Source: Octopus bimaculoides (taxonomy: Eukaryota). Taken from it: 53,120 nt of DNA. Positions 1 to 13,280 of the stretch are shown here, piece after piece (positions within the stretch are counted from its first letter, which is position 1; each line of letters begins with the position of its first letter). The position numbers were made by a program, and so were the translations under genes. The notes under the pieces were generated by a model. The model was not told where the DNA came from. It was given only the letters and a program-made list of their open reading frames with translations, and ran no database searches. The stretch lies in NCBI RefSeq assembly GCF_001194135.2, contig NC_068993.1, positions 58,356,140-58,409,259 on the forward strand. The letters are read 5' to 3'.

Positions 1-50
<50 letters not shown>

Positions 51-270
51 ATATATATATATACATATGTAAATATAGACACACTCATACACTCATATAT
101 ACATTTACATACTTAAAGAGGTAGACAGAAAGACAGACTGATACGCAGACATACAAATACATGCATACATACATACATACATATATATACATACATACAT
201 AATATACACATGCATACATACATACATACATACATACAGACATACATACATACGTACATTAATATATACA
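1..270. repeat. Compound microsatellite (TA)n/(TACA)n
   Basis: Direct reading of the repeat runs. Confidence 0.95.
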
Positions 271-404
271 TTAGAGTTCTAAACCCAGCAATGCAAGTCC
301 GTATATTGTTGAAAGGATTCTCAATGGAGTTCCGACCAGCAACAGGTTGGTCGAAGGATGATGATGATGAATACGTACATACATACTAAGACGTATATTT
401 CTAT

Positions 405-421
405 TGTTGTTGTTGTTTTTG

Positions 422-480
<59 letters not shown>

Positions 481-483
481 ATT

Positions 484-524
<41 letters not shown>
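405..524. repeat. Compound trinucleotide microsatellite (GTT)/(ATT)n/(ATC)n
   Basis: Direct reading; source of the poly-I/poly-M pseudo-ORFs. Confidence 0.95.
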
Positions 525-1621
525 GAGAAGATTAAACTTCAGGAATCCAAAGTAACTTAGTGTTTCACGCAGCCGATCATTCATATGACTGAAATGAAGT
601 ATCGTGACGATGAAGAAACGAAATATTCTAAAATTCGAACTTTGATTATTCATTCAAAAAACAAAAACAAAAAAATATATGAAATAAAATAATACGTAGA
701 AAATGGTTTATGCATTTTTCTGTTCAACTTCCTTGAGCAAAGTACTTGATATATGTGTGTATATGTGCATGTGTAATTGTATGTGTGTAGGTGTGGGCGT
801 GTGTGTGTGGGTATGTAGGGATGTCTGTGACTGTGTGTGCGTGTGTATGTGTGTATATATATATATATATACATACGTACATACATACATACATACAGAC
901 ATACAGACAGGCAGATAAATAGGTAGATAGATAGATGTATTCATCTATTCGCATACAAAACACGTATATTTTCATATCTTAAATATGATATGTATGAATA
1001 CTGAGAAAGAAAGGAAATCAGCGATTTAAAAGAAATTAATGTTTTTTTATGCGAACATTTTTCAGTATGGAAAATCCATTACGTCGGAAATAAATTATTT
1101 TAACCAGTTGTTAGTTTGAATTACATCAATATATAGCAATGGAAGAATCACCAACAAATCCGTTTCCAAGATTTTTAGGAAATTGCAATCTCCAAGAGAC
1201 GAAAATCACTTGTTCTTGTGTGATTAATGTCGGAGAATGCATATTCTATATAGAGCCGATCGGTCGTATTCAAATTTTCATCATTTATACTCAAGATATA
1301 TCTGGATAGTGCGGTGGATCAGGCATCTCTTTGAATGCCCAAATTTATATTCATTTTGCCAGAAACTTTTCTTAATTAAATTTTCAGTAATTCATATACA
1401 AATTTTTTTTTTACTTATACTTGAAAGAGAGATGGTTTTTTTAAAAAAGTCATGCACCGTTAAAAGAACATATATTAGAGTTACTGCGTTTACAAAGAGG
1501 AAGAAAATTTTAACTTATGAACTGTGAATATATCTTCTGATTGTACTGGATGTTAAATTAACGAAATTTTTTGCAACAGCAACTTACCTTTGAGTTACGT
1601 CTATTAAAACACTTAAGTATG

Positions 1622-1723
1622 TATACACACACGCACACACACACACACACACACAACACACTCACTCACTCAACACGCACACACACACGCGCACACACAC
1701 GCACACGCACACGCACACACACA

Positions 1724-1773
<50 letters not shown>
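1622..1773. repeat. (CA)n microsatellite, imperfect
   Basis: Direct reading. Confidence 0.95.
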
Positions 1774-1774
<1 letters not shown>

Positions 1775-2725
1775 TCCATGGAGAAATGCTTTTTAATGGA
1801 GTAAAAGAAATCCTGACCATATTGGAACAAAAATTTAAATTACAAAGTGGATTGTACCATATAATATTTTGTTCCCTGTTTTTACGTCTATGAATATTTG
1901 TACTATTCTGTATGTAGTGTATTCTTTCCTTGTAACCACCGCCATTTAATTCTCGAATTATGAATGAGCAATACGATTGAAGTATACATCACCAATCAAA
2001 TTGGATAAGTGCAGCAGCATATTAATAACTAATTTTAAAGATTATTAACGGATGGTTTTATACTAAAATATTGGAATTGCTGTTAGATTTCCGATAAGTA
2101 TAGTATTTAGCAGTAATAAATTAGCAGTTATATCCAGGAAATAAACTATACTTAGAATTGCGTCGACCGTTACTTTTAATTCTAAATTTATGTGTATACA
2201 CTACAAACACACACATGCACATACATGTATAAGTATAAACATACACACACACACACACACACACACACGCATATAAATATATATCATACATACATACATG
2301 TACATGCATGCATATATGTATATATGTATATATGTATATATGTATATAAACTGTCGTCTAAATTAAGCAAAAATAAAAATAACACTGACATCTCATTTTA
2401 ACATATATTTAACGAAATTACATAAAAGATATATTGAAATTTTTTCAATAAAATTGCCATTGGCTTCAGCCACGGCTACCAGACGATTTCGAAATCTCCT
2501 GCAACCATAGGATCAAGATTTCTGCAGGCTGTTCTACCCCTTTTGTGTGTTTTTATAAGCGAAGGAATTGGGAATGGTATTTCATAGACCAGATGCGCAT
2601 GATACGACAACCACCTCAAAGAGAGTAACCATCTGTGAGAACAAAAGCTCCATTATCCACGTTGGCAGAAAAGATACCTGTCCAGTTAAGATGACACCTG
2701 TCCCCTTACATAAATATGTGTATAA

Positions 2726-2849
2726 ATACATACATACATACATACATACATACATACATACATACATACATGCATGCATGCAGACACATACTCATACATA
2801 CATAGACAGACAGACGGATGGGCGGATGGATGGATGTGTGGATTGATGA

Positions 2850-2880
<31 letters not shown>
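2726..2880. repeat. Compound tetranucleotide microsatellite (TACA)n/(GATG)n/(GATA)n
   Basis: Direct reading. Confidence 0.9.
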
Positions 2881-2881
<1 letters not shown>

Positions 2882-3179
2882 GATGTCTGGTAAGCAGGAT
2901 CTGGTACTACTCCATAAATAAAGATTCAAGATTCAAGTACACACTGGACTGTGTTGCTTGCTAAAGATACAGAGTGCAACGTCCCCCGTTATGATCTGCT
3001 GAATATTTGCGACAACTGGTTGCATCAGAGATTATATCGGGCAAAATGATAAACCAAGAATTACCACGAAAACGCATCAAGTATTTTCGAATTTCCGGGC
3101 GCACGAGCCACATAAGCTGATCGCTCCTTCTCTCAGCATTCGGCCATTTTGTTTCAGCGTTCTCTCAGCATCCCCAACT

Positions 3180-3180
3180 G

Positions 3181-3238
<58 letters not shown>

Positions 3239-3295
3239 CCTTTCTCTCTCTCTTTCTCTCTCTGCATCACTCCTTCCCTCTCTGTCACTCTCCTA
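3180..3295. repeat. (CT)n microsatellite
   Basis: Direct reading. Confidence 0.9.
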
Positions 3296-3452
3296 CTGTG
3301 TCATCGCTCCCTGAAGAAAAATACGTTATAGACTTTCATTTCGGCTGCATTTCATTATTTCTTTCATTTCTCTAAGAAATTCCATTTCCCACTTTTATGG
3401 CGACATCAGAGCAGCAACAGAATAGCTTCCTCAATCTATTTCTTTTATTTTC

Positions 3453-3492
<40 letters not shown>

Positions 3493-3909
3493 TTGTGCGC
3501 GTGGCCGTGTATGTATGTGTGTGTTCCCGTATGTACGTGTGTGTCCGTGTGTGATTTCTTTGTTTTACTGCAATCTTACTGCTTTTTTTTCTTCTTCTTT
3601 ACATTCTTTATTATACATCTTTTCTTCCTTTGATTCTTCCAGTCTTTCTTTCTATGAAATCTTAACTTTCCGCCATCTTGCTTCTTGTTTCTTGTTTCCT
3701 TTTGTTCTCTGCTATTCACATCATTAACTTCACCTAACACTTTTCTTTTAATTAACCTAATATATATATATTTGTGTATGTATGTACGTACGTATGTGTG
3801 TGAGTGCATAAAATATATTTATGTACGTATATAGTGCCATATACACTCACACACAGACACACACACTCACATTCACGTATATCTATATATATGCATACTG
3901 TGCTATATG

Positions 3910-3955
<46 letters not shown>

Positions 3956-4193
3956 CATAAATATATATATATATATATATGTGTATGTGTGTGTATGTAT
4001 GTATATGCATTATTGAATATATATATATGTATATGGATAATTAGATATATATATATATATGATTATATATGTATATATTTGTACTTATATGTGTGTTTGT
4101 ACATATAGATTTTTATATACCTATATATAAATGTATATATGCATATATATATATATTTATATATGTGTGCATGTATGTATGTGTATACATATG

Positions 4194-4232
<39 letters not shown>

Positions 4233-4242
4233 NNNNNNNNNN

Positions 4243-4293
<51 letters not shown>

Positions 4294-4707
4294 ATATATG
4301 AATAAGTATATAGACTGGTATGTATATGTGTATAATTATACATCTATGTGAGTGTATGTATGTAAGTGTGCGAATTTGAGCAAGTGTGTGTATGTGTGTA
4401 CGCATGTATGCTTGTGTGTGTGTGATTATTTGTATTAATTCGTGTGGTGTACATTTCATATGTGCCATAATACACTTCGATAATTGTTTTTGGAAACTTT
4501 TGTCCAACGTAAACTGTATTATTACGATCATCATCATCATCATCATCATCACCCTCATCGTCATCGTCGTCGTCATCATCATCATCATCATCATCAACAA
4601 CAAAATCCTCATCATGATTATTGGGGCGGCGAGCTGAAAGAATCTATTCAGCTTCGGAAGAAATGGTTTTTTTGCTGTATATCTTCAGACTTTCCACTTT
4701 CTGAGTT

Positions 4708-4766
4708 CTACTAGAGCATCGGACCGACCAAAGCCTTGTGAGACGGAAACTGAAAGAAGCCCGTCG
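4708..4766 (+). mobile_element. SINE family A, internal fragment
   Basis: ggaccgaccaaagccttgtg..agacggaaactgaaagaagcccgtcg matches the copies at 9944, 22318 and 49795. Confidence 0.8.
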
Positions 4767-5079
4767 TTCAACGGGACAGCCTGCTCGTGAAATTAACGTG
4801 CAAGTGGTTGAGCACTCCACAGACACGTGTACCTTTAACGTAGTTCTCGCTGAGATTCAGCATAACACAGTGTGACAAGGCTGGCCCTTTGAATTACAGG
4901 TACAACAACAGAAACAGGAAGAAGGAGTGAGAAAAAGTTGTGGTGGAAGAGTGCAACAGGGTTCGACACCATTACCTGTTTTCGCTCAATAAACACCCAC
5001 AACGGCCGGTCTTCGAATCGAAACCTCGATACAACGACTGCGAGTCCGCTGCCCTAACCACTGGGCCATTGCGCCTCCA
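4767..5079 (-). mobile_element. tRNA-derived SINE family C, near full length (possibly Octopus OR1/OR2-type, tRNA-Arg-like head)
   Basis: Reverse complement begins tggaggcgcaatggcccagtggttagggcagcggactcgc (A box) then gtttcgattcg (B box-like); colinear with the + copy at 24936-25295. Confidence 0.85.
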
Positions 5080-5420
5080 TTATCTATATGTCTTTGTTGC
5101 GTTTGATGTTGTTGTTAACGCTGATATTGTTTGCTGGTGTCGTTCATTCTTACTAACACCGTTATGTCTTTATTCGTTCTAGTTCATCCCTGCTGTTAAC
5201 GTGGTCGTTGTTGTTCATTAGCGTCCTTGTTGTTATTCTCGTTGTTGCTATTTACTGTTTACTGTTGTAAAATTATCTTTCTAATCTCTAAATAAAACAC
5301 CGTAACATCTTACGGCATCTCTTTCACATCCAACGCCATTTCAATTAGATCACGTGATCTCTTCTTATTTTTACAACGCGATTTCCGGCATCGTAATTAT
5401 TACATTACTTCCATCCACCT

Positions 5421-5423
5421 CGC

Positions 5424-5466
<43 letters not shown>

Positions 5467-5672
5467 ATGTCTCTGTCTGCCTCACGCTGACCCTGTATCT
5501 CTCATTTCAAACTCTCCCTCTTCCCCACCCATACACACTGTCTCTCTTTTTCTCTTTCTCTCTCGCACGCGCTTTCTCTGCCTCATACTGTCTCTCTCTT
5601 TCTCTCTTTCAGACACACTCTCTCATCCTCTCTCTTTCTCTTTTTCTCTCTCTATCCTCCTTTCTCTCTTTC

Positions 5673-5724
<52 letters not shown>

Positions 5725-6140
5725 GCTTCAAACTGTCTCTGTCTATCACTTTTTCACTCACACGCACTCTCTCACTTTCTTTTTTCTCTCTTTCACTCTG
5801 TCTTCCTCTCTTTCTCTCTCGCTTTCTCTCTCTCTTTTTCTTGCTCTCTCTGCCTCACACAGTACCTCTCGCCCTCTCTATCTCTCTCTCTCTCTCTTTC
5901 GTACACACACGCACTGTATCTCTTTCTGTCTCTCACTTCCTCTTTCTCTCTTCCTTTCTCTCACTTCCCCCTCTGTCTTCCACTCTCTCACTTCCGCCCT
6001 CACAGCCTCTCTCTTTTTTCGCTCTCTCTTCCTTTATCTCTCTCCCTCTCTCTATCCCCCTCTCTTTCTCCCCCTCACTATCTCCCCCCACTCTCTCTCT
6101 CAGGAATACTCTGTCAATAACTTTCTCTGTCGCTTTCTCA
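5421..6140. repeat. Long degenerate (CT)n polypyrimidine tract
   Basis: About 700 bp almost entirely C/T on the + strand. Confidence 0.9.
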
Positions 6141-6384
6141 GTCCCTATTTTTCACCCATTCTCTTCTCTAACTTTCTTCCTCGTTGTTTTCTGTTTATAA
6201 GACTGTTGTTGTTGTTATTGTTGTTGTTGTTGTTGTTGTTGTGGTGGTGGTGGTGGTGTATGATATTATTTGTGTCTTTCTTTTAAATAGTCATGAAAAT
6301 GCAGCGTGTGCATTCAGGTTATACGACGCTGCACCTGCTGTGCATATTCTTGCTACTTATTTCCTTCCTACCCACTCAGTATAT

Positions 6385-6435
<51 letters not shown>

Positions 6436-7252
6436 TATATACATACATGTACATGTAAATAGATAGATAGATAGATAGATAGACGGTTCTTACAAAAACA
6501 ATTGTAGTGCATATAAATATATTACGCATCTTTAATTTTATTTTCGTTTTCTCTTCTCTGCTTATCGTGTACCATCAGCACATGATATAGGTGTATTGCT
6601 ATGGTTTTGTTGTACATATTTAGGTGTGGTTGTTTAAACTAAGTTATTTTATACTGTGTAACGTAGCCCTTTGTATTGCACTCTACTGTACCTGGATGTG
6701 AACTTTACACGTTTAATTTTTACTGGGCTTCCATATATTATATTTTAATATATATTTTGTTGATCGCTTTGTTGTATATTCCATTGCCAGATACTAGATA
6801 TCTCTGAAATAAAGAAAGAAAGGAGTATTTAAATTTTTGGTAAATTTAAATAGATTATTAAAAATAAATTTAGGATTGGTGGTAGGTTTGGTGCAGTTTG
6901 GTGTATTTGCGTGACGGTGTTAAAATTCTTTATTTAATCTGTTGAGGATTTTCACAGCAATGTGCAGAAATAGAGAACAAGAGTTGAAGAATGGAAGGGA
7001 GTAGGTATCATAGTTGTAGTAGGAGTAGTAGGAGGAGTAGAAGAAGCGTGAGAAGAAGGAGCAGGAGAGAGAGCAGGGTGCAGGAGTTGAGAGGAGGGAC
7101 ATTATTGTTGTTGATGATATAATTATGAATTACGTTTTTGTTCGTGCGAGCATGTGTGTTATACATACCAACATACATGTTTACATACATAAATATATAT
7201 ATACTTATATACAAATATATATGTATATATATGTATATATATATATATATAT

Positions 7253-7293
<41 letters not shown>

Positions 7294-7720
7294 NNNNNNN
7301 NNNNNNNNNNNNNNNNNNNNNNNNNNNNNNNNNNNNNNNNNNNNNNNNNNNNNNNNNNNNNNNNNNNNNNNNNNNNNNNNNNNNNNNNNNNNNNNNNNNN
7401 NNNNNNNNNNNNNNNNNNNNNNNNNNNNNNNNNNNNNNNNNNNNNNNNNNNNNNNNNNNNNNNNNNNNNNNNNNNNNNNNNNNNNNNNNNNNNNNNNNNN
7501 NNNNNNNNNNNNNNNNNNNNNNNNNNNNNNNNNNNNNNNNNNNNNNNNNNNNNNNNNNNNNNNNNNNNNNNNNNNNNNNNNNNNNNNNNNNNNNNNNNNN
7601 NNNNNNNNNNNNNNNNNNNNNNNNNNNNNNNNNNNNNNNNNNNNNNNNNNNNNNNNNNNNNNNNNNNNNNNNNNNNNNNNNNNNNNNNNNNNNNNNNNNN
7701 NNNNNNNNNNNNNNNNNNNN

Positions 7721-7721
7721 N

Positions 7722-7810
<89 letters not shown>
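7721..7810. repeat. (GATA)n microsatellite abutting a gap
   Basis: Direct reading. Confidence 0.95.
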
Positions 7811-7880
7811 CAAATATGAGTACACATATTTGTGTGTATTCACCTAAGAATGCTTGTGTTTTTGCATATAGTTGTGAAGA

Positions 7881-8023
7881 TATTCTTTTCTACTTTAGGC
7901 ACAAGGCCCGAATTTTTTGCGAAGGGGTCCAGTCGATTACATCGATCCCTGCACGCAACAGGCACTTAATTTATCGACCCCGAAATGATGAAAGGCAAAG
8001 TCGACACCTCGGCAGAATTTGAG
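7881..8023 (-). mobile_element. SINE family B, 5'-truncated, with 13-bp target-site duplication
   Basis: Reverse complement matches the body and tail of 49174-49380; ttgtgaagatatt at 7872-7884 and 8028-8040. Confidence 0.85.
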
Positions 8024-9025
8024 ATATTTGTGAAGATATTAGTGAATATACCTGTATATGTTTGTATGCAGGTATGTGATTCCACATAGTTTCTGTTCCT
8101 TAGTGGGAGGAGGAGAAAAAGCAACTCCCTGTACCGTTTGAAGTGTCTCCCATCCCGATTCTAGTCAGGGAATTAGGGAAGATACCGTGATTTGAGTAGG
8201 AACTACGAGGCCGTCGAGATTTCCGTTAGTTGCATCGACAACCTCTGTCAGATGCTGTATATCTTTGATAATATAAAGCAACACAACTCATGATAAGGTT
8301 CATTCTAAGGCCCGTGAATACGCTGCCGGTAACCGTCACCTACTTACTTAAGTTCTTCGCTCCCAAGAAGGATAGATCATCGATCTCTTTTCTCCACTAC
8401 TTTCAACTCTGGGCTGTCTTGATCCCGGCTTTGTTGTGCGTGAATTTTCATCAATGCCTCTTGACCATTGTATTTTTGTCCGTAAGCGCGTGGGCCCTAA
8501 TTAAATCCGCTTTTACCCCTGGGAAGAGATGGTATATATTACGAGTTTAGATTCTGCCTTTTGATAGGCTCATCATGGGAGACCCTAACAGGGGGGTTAA
8601 AATTCGTTGGTTTAGGTCTCAAGGTCATTGCAGCACACAAGCTACCGCAACAAGGCCTAGTGTTTGTATACTCCGTGAGTTGGTTTTCAATCGGGTGACG
8701 AATTACACCTACAACTCAACATCACAGTCCATTCGGCAAAAATGTCTACTCGTTCACAATTATAGGCCAGGGTCGACCTCAGGCTAGAGTTTCTCAAACA
8801 CGATGAGCAGTTGGATCGAACAGGTAAACAAGCGATTGCGAGGAAAACTTCTTTAAATAAACAATGTGCATATCACCTTATTTATATAACTTGATCATTA
8901 CAAAATTTATCCTTTTCAATTTCCTGGTATGAACTTATAATGCACGCAATCACATATGCGTTATGGCGTACACAACTTCATGAACACGGAACATATTCAC
9001 ACCTATAATCTTATGCAAACACACA

Positions 9026-9067
<42 letters not shown>

Positions 9068-9906
9068 TTCAGATACCTGGAACTATCTGACTCAAAAACA
9101 AAATAAAAATGTTTTGTCAATTTTTTAGTGTCCAGCTTGAATTCAGCGAAGAAGTCAAATAATTCTGAAAGAAAAACAGACATGCTTAAATAGGAAGTTC
9201 TCTGGGTAGTGGGAAGAAAAGACACCCTCTATTTTACATTCCTCAAATTCAATGTGAACATTGAAAATATTCAATCTTTTTCTAAAGCTTTAATATCTAA
9301 CGCTGTTGCTATCTGAATTCCAAAGAGCATTTTTGTTTCATTATNNNNNNNNNNNNNNNNNNNNNNNNNNNNNNNNNNNNNNNNNNNNNNNNNNNNNNNN
9401 NNNNNNNNNNNNNNNNNNNNNNNNNNNNNNNNNNNNNNNNNNNNNNNNNNNNNNNNNNNNNNNNNNNNNNNNNNNNNNNNNNNNNNNNNNNNNNNNNNNN
9501 NNNNNNNNNNNNNNNNNNNNNNNNNNNNNNNNNNNNNNNNNNNNNNNNNNNNNNNNNNNNNNNNNNNNNNNNNNNNNNNNNNNNNNNNNNNNNNNNNNNN
9601 NNNNNNNNNNNNNNNNNNNNNNNNNNNNNNNNNNNNNNNNNNNNNNNNNNNNNNNNNNNNNNNNNNNNNNNNNNNNNNNNNNNNNNNNNNNNNNNNNNNN
9701 NNNNNNNNNNNNNNNNNNNNNNNNNNNNNNNNNNNNNNNNNNNNNNNNNNNNNNNNNNNNNNNNNNNNNNNNNNNNNNNNNNNNNNNNNNNNNNNNNNNN
9801 NNNNNNNNNNNNNNNNNNNNNNNNNNNNNNNNNNNNNNNNNNNNNNNNNNNNNNNNNNNNNNNNNNNNNNNNNNNNNNNNNNNNNNNNNNNNNNNNNNNN
9901 NNNNNN

Positions 9907-9943
<37 letters not shown>

Positions 9944-9946
<3 letters not shown>

Positions 9947-10177
9947 GCGCAGCAGTGAGTGTGTGGTAAGAAGCTTGCTTCCCAACCACATGGTTCCTGA
10001 TTCAGTCCCACTGCGTGGCACCTTGGACGGGTGTCTTCTACTATGGTTTCGGCCCGACCAAAGCCTTGTGAGTGGATTTGGTAAACCGAAACTGAAAGAA
10101 GGCCATCGTATATATGTGTGCGCGCGCGCGCGTATTTGTATGTCTGTGTTTCCACGCCATCACCATCGCTTGGCAAC
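9944..10177 (+). mobile_element. SINE family A (CORE-domain-like), 3' part lost
   Basis: tRNA-like head (gtgtggtaag...ggttcctgattcagtccc), CORE-like gcaccttggacgggtgtctt (ccttgggcaagt in other copies), internal (TA)(TG)(CG) run. Confidence 0.85.
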
Positions 10178-10182
10178 TTTGA

Positions 10183-10428
10183 GCAGGCCTCTGATCAGAT
10201 ATCGCCACGACATTTTTATTTTCTCTGTCATGGTCAAAGTGATGATCACACGCTACACACGTTCCTTCCAAGCACTGCTGTAAACAGCGGATGTGAGTTA
10301 GAACGATAAAACTTAGTGCGCCTGCACAGTAGTGTCCCAAGTCAATCTATGACGAGTGGTGTCACTCCGCGTACGTCAGCTTCGTTACTATTAGCAACAG
10401 TCCGGATACTTATTGATCAGACCTCGTA
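10183..10428 (-). mobile_element. Mariner 5' terminal arm (TIR plus start of transposase), solo fragment
   Basis: Ends tccggatacttattgatcagacctcg-TA, the reverse complement of the TIR at 27352; matches the arms of element 27350-28208. Confidence 0.8.
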
Positions 10429-11044
10429 AAAGTAGTTAGTATAAAGATACCTCAACTGGATTGTTTACACATGACATATATAGACATTTTTTTTCGCTTT
10501 GATTATATATTTATGAATAGATAATATAATAGAATATTAATCTCAATGATATGACAGGTGCGATAGTCAAGAATTATGTCCATTATTTGAAAATCAGTGA
10601 AAAAGACAATATTTATGGACAACAGCTTTGAATCCTACAGCTTCTCCAAGCAAAATGATAAATCTATATATGTGCCTATAATAATTGATGTATTTCGCGG
10701 TGCACTTGATGGTAACGGTGGTGGTGGTGGTGGTAGCGGCGGCGGCAATGGCGGTAGTAGTGGTGATGGTTTTGGTGGTGGTGGTGGTGGTGGTGGTGGT
10801 GGTGGCTNNNNNNNNNNCGGCGGCGGCAATGGCGGTAGTAGTGGTGATGGTTTTGGTGGTGGTGGTGGTGGTGGTGGTGGTGGTGGCTTTGGCGGTGGTG
10901 CTGGTGTGTTGGTAGTTGCGTTTGAGGCTGATAGTGCTTGTCGTGATACTTGTACTGGCGGTACTGGTGGAGGGGTAGAAATGGTGATGAGATAGGGGGC
11001 GGAGGGTGTTAGTCGTCTTCGGCGTTGTTTTTTAATGCTCTTCA

Positions 11045-11261
11045 ATTTGGTGGAGCAAAACTGCAAGAAGCCTGTCATATATATATATATATATAGGTAT
11101 ATGTATGTATGTATATATATGTATGTATGTATATATATGTATGTATGTATATATATGTATGTATGTATACACTTATGTGCGTATGTTTTCGAGTCCGTGT
11201 TTGTCCCACCGCAGCCAGCGTCGCTTGACAACTGATGTTTGTGTGCTTACGTCCCCGTAAC
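11045..11261 (+). mobile_element. SINE family A, internal fragment spanning its microsatellite
   Basis: atttggtggagcaaaactgcaagaagcctgtc-(TA/TATG)n-gtccgtgtttgtcc..cgcttgacaactgatg..acgtccccgtaac, colinear with 49795-50239. Confidence 0.8.
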
Positions 11262-12684
11262 ACACAGAGACACAGACACACACGCATACACACATACACA
11301 TAAACACACACACATACATACACACACATATATATATATACACACTTATACAACTTCCATTCTGTGTTGGTTGGTAATTATGGCATGATATATGGTCATC
11401 TTCTTGTAAGATGTCCAGCCATCAATAGAAATCTCAATAGAGGATAATCATTTACATGTATAGCATATACACGTATTAAATAATAGTGACCACAGCCTTT
11501 ACACATCTATCATTTTGCAGGTCGGATGCTCTAGGTGTACTTTGATGTTTCGAAAATTCTGAAGAAATTAATCTTTAATCTTTTATGTCCTGCAGTCACT
11601 GGAGTGCGATCATGTCAGGGTTTACTCAGACAAATCGATCCTAGTACTTTGTGATATCATAAAACCAATACCGGTACCAAAACGGTGAGGCGGGCAAGCA
11701 GAAGCCCAAACACAAAGACGCATGCAGTATATATATATANNNNNNNNNNNNNNNNNNNNNNNNNNNNNNNNNNNNNNNNNNNNNNNNNNNNNNNNNNNNN
11801 NNNNNNNNNNNNNNNNNNNNNNNNNNNNNNNNNNNNNNNNNNNNNNNNNNNNNNNNNNNNNNNNNNNNNNNNNNNNNNNNNNNNNNNNNNNNNNNNNNNN
11901 NNNNNNNNNNNNNNNNNNNNNNNNNNNNNNNNNNNNNNNNNNNNNNNNNNNNNNNNNNNNNNNNNNNNNNNNNNNNNNNNNNNNNNNNNNNNNNNNNNNN
12001 NNNNNNNNNNNNNNNNNNNNNNNNNNNNNNNNNNNNNNNNNNNNNNNNNNNNNNNNNNNNNNNNNNNNNNNNNNNNNNNNNNNNNNNNNNNNNNNNNNNN
12101 NNNNNNNNNNNNNNNNNNNNNNNNNNNNNNNNNNNNNNNNNNNNNNNNNNNNNNNNNNNNNNNNNNNNNNNNNNNNNNNNNNNNNNNNNNNNNNNNNNNN
12201 NNNNNNNNNNNNNNNNNNNNNNNNNNNNNNNNNNNNNNNNNNNNNNNNNNNNNNNNNNNNNNNNNNNNNNNNNNNNNNNNNNNNNNNNNNNNNNNNNNNN
12301 NNNNNNNNNNNNNNNNNNNNNNNNNNNNNNNNNNNNNNNNNNNNNNNNNNNNNNNNNNNNNNNNNNNNNNNNNNNNNNNNNNNNNNNNNNNNNNNNNNNN
12401 NNNNNNNNNNNNNNNNNNNNNNNNNNNNNNNNNNNNNNNNNNNNNNNNNNNNNNNNNNNNNNNNNNNNNNNNNNNNNNNNNNNNNNNNNNNNNNNNNNNN
12501 NNNNNNNNNNNNNNNNNNNNNNNNNNNNNNNNNNNNNNNNNNNNNNNNNNNNNNNNNNNNNNNNNNNNNNNNNNNNNNNNNNNNNNNNNNNNNNNNNNNN
12601 NNNNNNNNNNNNNNNNNNNNNNNNNNNNNNNNNNNNNNNNNNNNNNNNNNNNNAATTCACACGCAGATCTCTAGCACAATGTTC

Positions 12685-12760
12685 CAGACACTGACACTAA
12701 AACCAAAATCACATGGTTGTAAAGCGAGTTTCTTAACCATGAAGCCTGAGCCTGTAGAGT
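12685..12760 (-). mobile_element. Degenerate SINE family A head
   Basis: aaaatcacatggttgtaaagcgagtttcttaaccat resembles the reverse complement of the family A head. Confidence 0.45.
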
Positions 12761-13241
12761 ATTTAAAAAGAAAAAAAAAACATTCATTTTGAGAGTAAAT
12801 ATTCAAGATAGGTACCGACTATGTAAGATTTATTCAATACTTCTGTTCTGATGCAAGCCTTAAGCTAAGATATAAAAGCAAAATAATAAGAATGTTGGTT
12901 TATATTTTATTAAGTTAATCAACTCTGCCTTTTTCGAACCTAAAGGTTTTAATTTCTGAAGTGTGTTTTTCGCCCGAAATGTCAGATTAGTAAAATGTTT
13001 TAATGTAAAAATTTAATCTTTGATTTTATCTCATTCTTTTCGTACAAATGTACTAACGTTGAATTCGAAGTTTGCTATATGGGTACGTATTTATGTATGT
13101 TTGAATTTGCGTGTATATGTATGCATGTATGCATGTTTGTATGTATGTATATATATGTACATATGCATATAAACATATATGTCTATGCATATATATACAT
13201 GTATATTTATATACGTATTTATATGTATCATGCATATGTAA

Positions 13242-13280
<39 letters not shown>

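Noticed and set aside
3397-3450. ATGGCG start (MATSEQQQNS) with nearby YY1-like motifs as a first coding exon
   Set aside because: No credible donor before the (TG)n run and no recognisable homology
5354-6286. 310-aa Leu/Ser-rich ORF
   Set aside because: Translation of a CT tract, which cannot contain stop codons
6291-6317. 27-nt AG...GT bounded segment (MKMQRVHS)
   Set aside because: Weak donor (GTTATA), no branch point, and the acceptor tract is adjacent to low-complexity sequence
8070-8830. GC-richer unique block that might be coding
   Set aside because: The frames examined contain frequent stops and no recognised motif; possibly an old repeat, but unsupported
10597-10995. Gly-rich/Pro-rich ORFs with an apparent 70-bp tandem duplication
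   Set aside because: Sequence 10738-10807 is repeated right after a 10-N spacer, typical of an unmerged contig overlap; the coding look comes from (GGT)n
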